This document shows, in pieces, positions 59,245 through 64,000 of a stretch of DNA of 64,000 nucleotides. Source of the DNA: Minisyncoccia bacterium (GTDB lineage: Bacteria > Patescibacteriota > Minisyncoccia > Phycocordibacterales > UBA9973); the NCBI GenBank assembly GCA_965656375.1, contig CBFHKH010000001.1, positions 281,319 to 345,318 of the forward strand, written 5' to 3'. The position numbers and the translations under genes are program-made. The notes under the pieces were generated by a model, which was given only the letters and a program-made list of their open reading frames with translations, was not told the DNA's origin and did not search any database. The stretch's first letter is position 1. The number at the start of each line of letters is the position of its first letter.

Positions 59245-59354
59245 AAATTTATACAGAGTATGCTAAAGGGGGTTTTGAGCGTGTCGACGCGAAAACTTCA
59301 GAATTTTTTAAGCTTCAAAAAATTCGTACTCTTTAACATACTCTGTGTAAATTT
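59245..59354. repeat. Branched palindromic intergenic element D
   Basis: AAATTTATACAGAGTATGCTAAAG/CTTTAACATACTCTGTGTAAATTT outer stem; inner GAATTTTT...AAAAATTC hairpin. Confidence 0.75.
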
Positions 59355-59418
59355 GTAAGGCTACAACACAGAAATATCTATTCTGTCAATACACGTTGTA
59401 TGGTATTATAATGCCTAT

Positions 59419-60018
59419 ATGGAAAATAATATCATAGAGAAACCGGTAGAAGTCGAACAGTCAAAGTGGAAAAAGCATGCAGCAGGTGCGTGGGATTTGG
59501 TAAAGTTCGCAGCTATCGCTCTTGCGATTGTGATCCCTATTCGTCTCTTTATTGCGCAACCATTCGTTGTTTCTGGGGATTCAATGTTCCCTACATTTCA
59601 TAATGGGCAATACTTGATTGTCGATGAGATCTCATATATCGTCAATGGTCCGCATCGCGGTGATGTTGTGATATTCAAATACCCGAACGATCCGTCACGT
59701 TACTTTATTAAACGTATTATCGGAATGCCAAATGAAACGATCACATTAAATAATGGCACTGTCACAATTAGCAATGCTAAAAATCCTGAAGGCTTTACTT
59801 TGAATGAACCGTACATAAATGAAACATTTAACGCCACTCACACCTACACTACCAAAAGCGATGAATACTTCGTAATGGGTGACAATCGTAATCGCAGTTC
59901 TGATTCCCGTTCATGGGGATCTCTTCCCCGAAAACTAATGATAGGGAGAGCATATTTGAGACTTCTCCCTGTCGCAGATGCAACATATTTACCAGGAGCA
60001 TACACAGAAGAAAAATAA
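59419..60018 (+). CDS. lepB: Signal peptidase I
   Basis: SGDSMFPT, IKRIIG, GDNRNRSSDSR. Confidence 0.97.
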   Translation: MENNIIEKPVEVEQSKWKKHAAGAWDLVKFAAIALAIVIPIRLFIAQPFVVSGDSMFPTFHNGQYLIVDEISYIVNGPHRGDVVIFKYPNDPSRYFIKRIIGMPNETITLNNGTVTISNAKNPEGFTLNEPYINETFNATHTYTTKSDEYFVMGDNRNRSSDSRSWGSLPRKLMIGRAYLRLLPVADATYLPGAYTEEK

Positions 60019-60032
60019 TATATACACCACAT

Positions 60033-61334
60033 ATGAGCACAGAAAAGAAAAAAAGCAGCAAAGAACCACTCGCATCAGTCAAAGGTATGCGCGACATCGT
60101 AGACGAGCAATATTACCAATTCCAAGGATTTTTCGAAAAAGCTCAGGAGATAGCAGTCTACTATGGCTTTCGCCCGATAGAGACTCCGCTACTTGAGCAC
60201 GAGAGCACATTTACTACGGCTATTGGCGTCGGTACCGATGCGATAGACAAGGAGATGTATACATTAAAGACTAAGGGTGGCGATCATCTCGCAGTTCGTC
60301 CAGAAAATACTGCGGGTGTTATGCGTGCATATATCGAGCATGGCATGCAGGCGCTTCCGCAACCAGTCATGATGTATTATTATGGCCCATTCTTCCGCCA
60401 CGACAAGCCACAACGCGGACGGTACCGTCAGTTCTATCAGTTCGGTCTTGAATCTTTGGGTTCTGAAAAAAGTATTATCGACGCACTTATCATCAAAACA
60501 ACACTTGCTATCTTAGAAGAAGCTGGTGCTCAAAATCTCTATGTCAGCATCAACTCTATCGGAGACAAAGAATGCCGAGGTTCATATATCCGCGAATTGA
60601 CCAATTACTATAAAAAGCATCTCTCGAGTCTGCCTTCTGTTGATCGTGAACGGCTCAAGACTAATCCACTTCGCATTCTCGATTCAAAAGAAGCAAAGAC
60701 GATTGAGTTAAACGCTGGAGCTCCTGATTCCCTCTCCTACCTCTGTGCATCTTGCAAAAAACACTTCAAAGAAGTTCTCGAATATCTCGAACAGATGGAA
60801 GTGCCGTACAAGATGGACAAGAACCTCGTTCGAGGTCTCTCATACTACTCACGTACAGTTTTTGAAATCATAGAAGAAGCAGGTGGTGAAGAAGGCACTC
60901 CACTTACAATCGCAGGTGGCGGTCGCTACGACTATCTCGGCAAACAGCTCGGATCAAAGAAAGATATCCCTGCGATGGGAGTCTCTATCGGTGTTGATCG
61001 CGTCGTAGAATCGACCTGGTACAAGAAACTTTGTCCTCGTATCTTGAAGAAGCCTAAAATTTATTTTATTCAACTTGGATTTGACGCAAAACTCAAATCA
61101 CTGGGTGTCATCGAAATTTTACGAAAAGGTAAAGTGCCAATCGCTCAGTCGATATCAAAAGATAATCTAGGAGCCCAGCTTGCGGTTGCTGAGAAACTCG
61201 GTATGCGATACGCGATTATCTTTGGACAAAAGGAAGCTATGGAAGGCACGGTAATTTTCCGCGACATGGACAATCGTTCCCAAGAGACGGTCAAGCTTCC
61301 AAAACTCCTTGAATATATAAAGGAACTTAAATAA
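60033..61334 (+). CDS. hisS: Histidine--tRNA ligase
   Basis: RPENTAG, GRYRQFYQ, LVRGLSYY, GGGRYD. Confidence 0.98.
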   Translation: MSTEKKKSSKEPLASVKGMRDIVDEQYYQFQGFFEKAQEIAVYYGFRPIETPLLEHESTFTTAIGVGTDAIDKEMYTLKTKGGDHLAVRPENTAGVMRAYIEHGMQALPQPVMMYYYGPFFRHDKPQRGRYRQFYQFGLESLGSEKSIIDALIIKTTLAILEEAGAQNLYVSINSIGDKECRGSYIRELTNYYKKHLSSLPSVDRERLKTNPLRILDSKEAKTIELNAGAPDSLSYLCASCKKHFKEVLEYLEQMEVPYKMDKNLVRGLSYYSRTVFEIIEEAGGEEGTPLTIAGGGRYDYLGKQLGSKKDIPAMGVSIGVDRVVESTWYKKLCPRILKKPKIYFIQLGFDAKLKSLGVIEILRKGKVPIAQSISKDNLGAQLAVAEKLGMRYAIIFGQKEAMEGTVIFRDMDNRSQETVKLPKLLEYIKELK

Positions 61335-61338
61335 TACT

Positions 61339-61890
61339 ATGGTAGAAATCGTTCAAAACGGCCATCCTGTGTTACGCAAAGTAGCCAAAGAGGTTCCTTT
61401 GAGTGATATCAGTACGCCAAAAATAGTAAACGTGTTGTCCGATATGAAGAAAGCACTCCATTCTCAGGATGATGGAGTAGCTATTGCTGCACCACAGATT
61501 GGCGAATCATATCGTATCTTTGTGGTATCAGGAAAGATCTTCGAAGAAGATTTTATTCGTGGCAAAGGATCGCAGTCGCATGCAAGGAGAGAAATCAAAA
61601 AAGCTCACCCGGATCTCGTGTTCATTAATCCAGTATTTAAAAAAATATCAAAGGATCGCAAGCTTATGGCCGAGGGATGCCTTTCCGTACGACCACTCTA
61701 TGGAAAAGTCCGTAGAGCAACTAAGGCGACGATGGAAGCCTATGATGAACACGGTAAGAAATTCACTACGTCAGGATCAGGGCTCCTTGCCCATATATTT
61801 CAGCACGAGACAGACCATTTAGATGGCATCCTCTTTATAGATAAAGCGCGCGATGTTCACGAGTCGACCTCAGAAACAGAATTTACATAG
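61339..61890 (+). CDS. def: Peptide deformylase
   Basis: GVAIAAPQIG, EGCLS, QHETDHLDG. Confidence 0.98.
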   Translation: MVEIVQNGHPVLRKVAKEVPLSDISTPKIVNVLSDMKKALHSQDDGVAIAAPQIGESYRIFVVSGKIFEEDFIRGKGSQSHARREIKKAHPDLVFINPVFKKISKDRKLMAEGCLSVRPLYGKVRRATKATMEAYDEHGKKFTTSGSGLLAHIFQHETDHLDGILFIDKARDVHESTSETEFT

Positions 61891-61891
61891 T

Positions 61892-62728
61892 ATGAAAAAT
61901 ATTCCTTTTGCATTTTTTGGTACACCCAATGTCGCATCAAAGACGCTTGATATTTTATTTTCGTCCGGATATGTACCGCGTGTAATCATCACCTCTCCTG
62001 ATGCTCGAAGTGGGCGTGGTATGCATTTATCTCCTACAGAGGTTTCTATTTGGGCAACAGAGCATTCTATAGAATGCTTGAAGCCTGAAAAAATCACTCC
62101 AGAATTCATAGAAGAGTTCAAGAAGTTCAATGTCGATCTTTCTATCGTCGTTGCCTACGGCAAAATACTTCCTGAGGTTCTAATCAATACCCCGCTTTAC
62201 GGCACTATAAATATTCACTACTCTCTCCTCCCAAAATACAGAGGAGCATCCCCGCTTGAACAAGCACTTCTAAACGGAGATACCGTCACAGGAGTAACAA
62301 TTCAACAAATGGAATTTAAACTCGACACAGGTGCGATCCTTGCGAGTGAAGAAGTGGCTATCGATATACACGAAGACAAAGAAACTATTCGCGCAAAGCT
62401 CATTCGGCTCGGAGCACAGAAACTCTGCGACATTCTTCCTACTATTGTAAAAGGAACTCTAACTCCTAGTATTCAAGATGAAGCTCAGGCGACGTATTGT
62501 ACAAAGCACAAAAAAGAAGATGGGGAGATTGACCTACACGGGGATGGGAAAGAAAATTACAACAAGTACCGCGCATTCAAAGGCTGGCCAGGAACATTTT
62601 TTTTCAAAGACGGTAAACGCATAAAAATTACAAAGGCGAAATATGAAAATGACTCATTCGTCATCGAACGAGTCATTCCTGAAGGCAAGAAAGAAATTGA
62701 CTATGCTCTATTTAATACTTCGAAGTAA
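61892..62728 (+). CDS. fmt: Methionyl-tRNA formyltransferase
   Basis: FFGTP, VVAYGKIL, INIHYSLLPKYRGASP. Confidence 0.96.
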   Translation: MKNIPFAFFGTPNVASKTLDILFSSGYVPRVIITSPDARSGRGMHLSPTEVSIWATEHSIECLKPEKITPEFIEEFKKFNVDLSIVVAYGKILPEVLINTPLYGTINIHYSLLPKYRGASPLEQALLNGDTVTGVTIQQMEFKLDTGAILASEEVAIDIHEDKETIRAKLIRLGAQKLCDILPTIVKGTLTPSIQDEAQATYCTKHKKEDGEIDLHGDGKENYNKYRAFKGWPGTFFFKDGKRIKITKAKYENDSFVIERVIPEGKKEIDYALFNTSK

Positions 62729-63095
62729 GCGGATTTCTGTTTGAGATACCTTTCAACATCTTTTTAACGCTCAGTGCTCCACGTTTAAACAGAGTTTTCT
62801 TACGATCTTTCGTATGAGTGATTTTCCTGACAATTTCTTCTTTTGCTTCTTCGATCGAAGCATAGAGGTCTGAAGTTTCAGCCATTGTAAAGTATCGCTC
62901 GCCGTTAATCTGTATATCAAACTCTGCTTTAAACACTTCGCCTTGTTTATGATGATTAGTTGTTTTGCCGATTTCTACATACCCAGTCATGGTGCCCTTT
63001 TTTACAAATTTTCCGATAGAAGCGAGGTGTTTATTTACAAAGTCAGTAATCGCATCCGTTAATTCTATATTTGTTCCTTTGATATTGATATTCAT
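62712..63095 (-). CDS. hpf: Ribosome hibernation factor HPF/RaiA
   Basis: MNINIKGTNIELTDAI, DLYASIE. Confidence 0.9.
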   Translation of the reverse strand: MNINIKGTNIELTDAITDFVNKHLASIGKFVKKGTMTGYVEIGKTTNHHKQGEVFKAEFDIQINGERYFTMAETSDLYASIEEAKEEIVRKITHTKDRKKTLFKRGALSVKKMLKGISNRNPLTSKY

Positions 63096-63211
63096 ATTAT
63101 GTATAGGTTAACTGGTAATACTTTTATTATACCAAAAACAAAATCTGCTGGCATCTTGACTACGTATGAAAATCTTTTGACAGAATCAAAAACCGCGCAT
63201 ATACTGAGCTT

Positions 63212-63481
63212 ATGAATAGAATATATACAAAAAAGACGAATCGAGGTCTTGCCATAGTAGAAACATTACTTATAATTGCTGTTATATTACTCATTATTGC
63301 TTTCTTTTCCCGCTGGGGCCGTTCCGGCACAGTGTATCGTTATAATACGAATTCTCGAGGCCAGAGCACGGTTGTTACTCCTAATTCTTCTACAACCTAT
63401 ACGACAACGACGACCATCCCGAGTTCAACTACTACATATACCAATACCTATCAGGACACAACCTACCAGCCAGTGCAGTAA
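63212..63481 (+). CDS. Small type IV pilin-like protein with Thr-rich tail
   Basis: NRG-LAIVE (Glu at +5) then hydrophobic helix. Confidence 0.7.
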   Translation: MNRIYTKKTNRGLAIVETLLIIAVILLIIAFFSRWGRSGTVYRYNTNSRGQSTVVTPNSSTTYTTTTTIPSSTTTYTNTYQDTTYQPVQ

Positions 63482-63491
63482 TAATAGAAAG

Positions 63492-63539
63492 AATATACAT
63501 AAAGACCGTAAGCAAAAGCTTACGGTCTTTATGTATATT
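63492..63539 (+). terminator. Long perfect hairpin terminator
   Basis: AATATACATAAAGACCGTAAGC-AAAA-GCTTACGGTCTTTATGTATATT. Confidence 0.7.
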
Positions 63540-63555
63540 TACATTAATACAAAAC

Positions 63556-63658
63556 TTGACTTTTTTATAAGAATAGGTTAGAATAATAAAAATTTAAATA
63601 GGAAATGAATAAATAACTCTCAGCTTCATAAGCTTGGAGTTTAGAGTTATTTATTCAT
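63556..63658 (+). promoter_or_regulatory. Promoter and 16-bp leader hairpin
   Basis: TTGACT-17-TAGAAT; ATGAATAAATAACTCT/AGAGTTATTTATTCAT. Confidence 0.7.
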
Positions 63659-63690
63659 AATTTCTACTCTAACCTTAAAAATTAAAGATC

Positions 63691-64000
63691 ATGATGGCTA
63701 CGCCCCAAACACGTGAGCAGGATACTACAGGTTCTGCTACTACTCATCCTATTAATTTAGATTACAATGCACTTAAAAATGCCGCCTTGGTGTTACGAGC
63801 ACTGAATCACAAGCTGCGACAGCAACTTATGAAATTAATTGAAGATGAAAAGAAACTTACTGTTACAGAAATTTATGTACGCCTGCGCCTGGAACAATCA
63901 GTTGCCTCCCAGCACCTTGCAATTTTACGCAAGGCCGGGATTGTAAACACTGAACGTGATGGAAAATTTATTTTCTATACGATAAACTACAAGCGCATTG
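63691..64000 (+). CDS. ArsR/SmtB family transcriptional regulator (runs off the window; not in ORF track)
   Basis: Hand translation ...LRALNHKLRQQLMKLIEDEKKLTVTEIYVRLRLEQSVASQHLAILRKAGIVNTERDGKFIFY... Confidence 0.92.
   Translation, partial: MMATPQTREQDTTGSATTHPINLDYNALKNAALVLRALNHKLRQQLMKLIEDEKKLTVTEIYVRLRLEQSVASQHLAILRKAGIVNTERDGKFIFYTINYKRI

Noticed and set aside
1-64000. Alternative genetic code (UGA=Gly)
   Set aside because: Conserved genes are full length under code 11 and TGA serves as stop (e.g. 53274).

Overview
Core-genome segment of a small-genome Patescibacteria (CPR) bacterium, most likely Parcubacteria/Nomurabacteria-like (inferred from gene content and protein style; standard genetic code). 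It holds translation genes (rplU, cysS, infA-rpmJ-rpsM-rpsK-rpsD-rpoA-rplQ-rplM-rpsI, alaS, mnmA, typA, frr, rpsU, ybeY, rpsA, pth, hisS, def, fmt, hpf), chaperones (grpE, dnaK, dnaJ), envelope/division genes (mreB, ftsA, ftsZ, mltG, rseP, lepB), gyrA, priA and three tRNAs (Glu, Ser, Val). Non-routine content: (1) self-contained accessory cassettes, three of which share the layout sigma70 promoter, 16-17 bp RNA hairpin, 27-32 nt A-rich spacer, ATG; their cargo looks Bacteroidota-like (an ArsR regulator, a Q-rule signal peptide), whereas many core genes look leaderless; (2) a speA / DHS-like / agmatinase polyamine locus flanked by a divergent ATP-grasp-like ORF, a SET protein and a PQ-loop-like membrane protein; (3) five tandem VirB2/TrbC-like pilin genes, the last fused to an unrecognised ~130-aa Cys-containing repeat; (4) ~100-120 bp branched palindromic intergenic elements, a short palindrome in frame in trxB, and GCTANNN heptamer arrays; (5) a structured, terminator-containing rpsA leader. 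Family calls come from motif recognition and recall, not from database searches.
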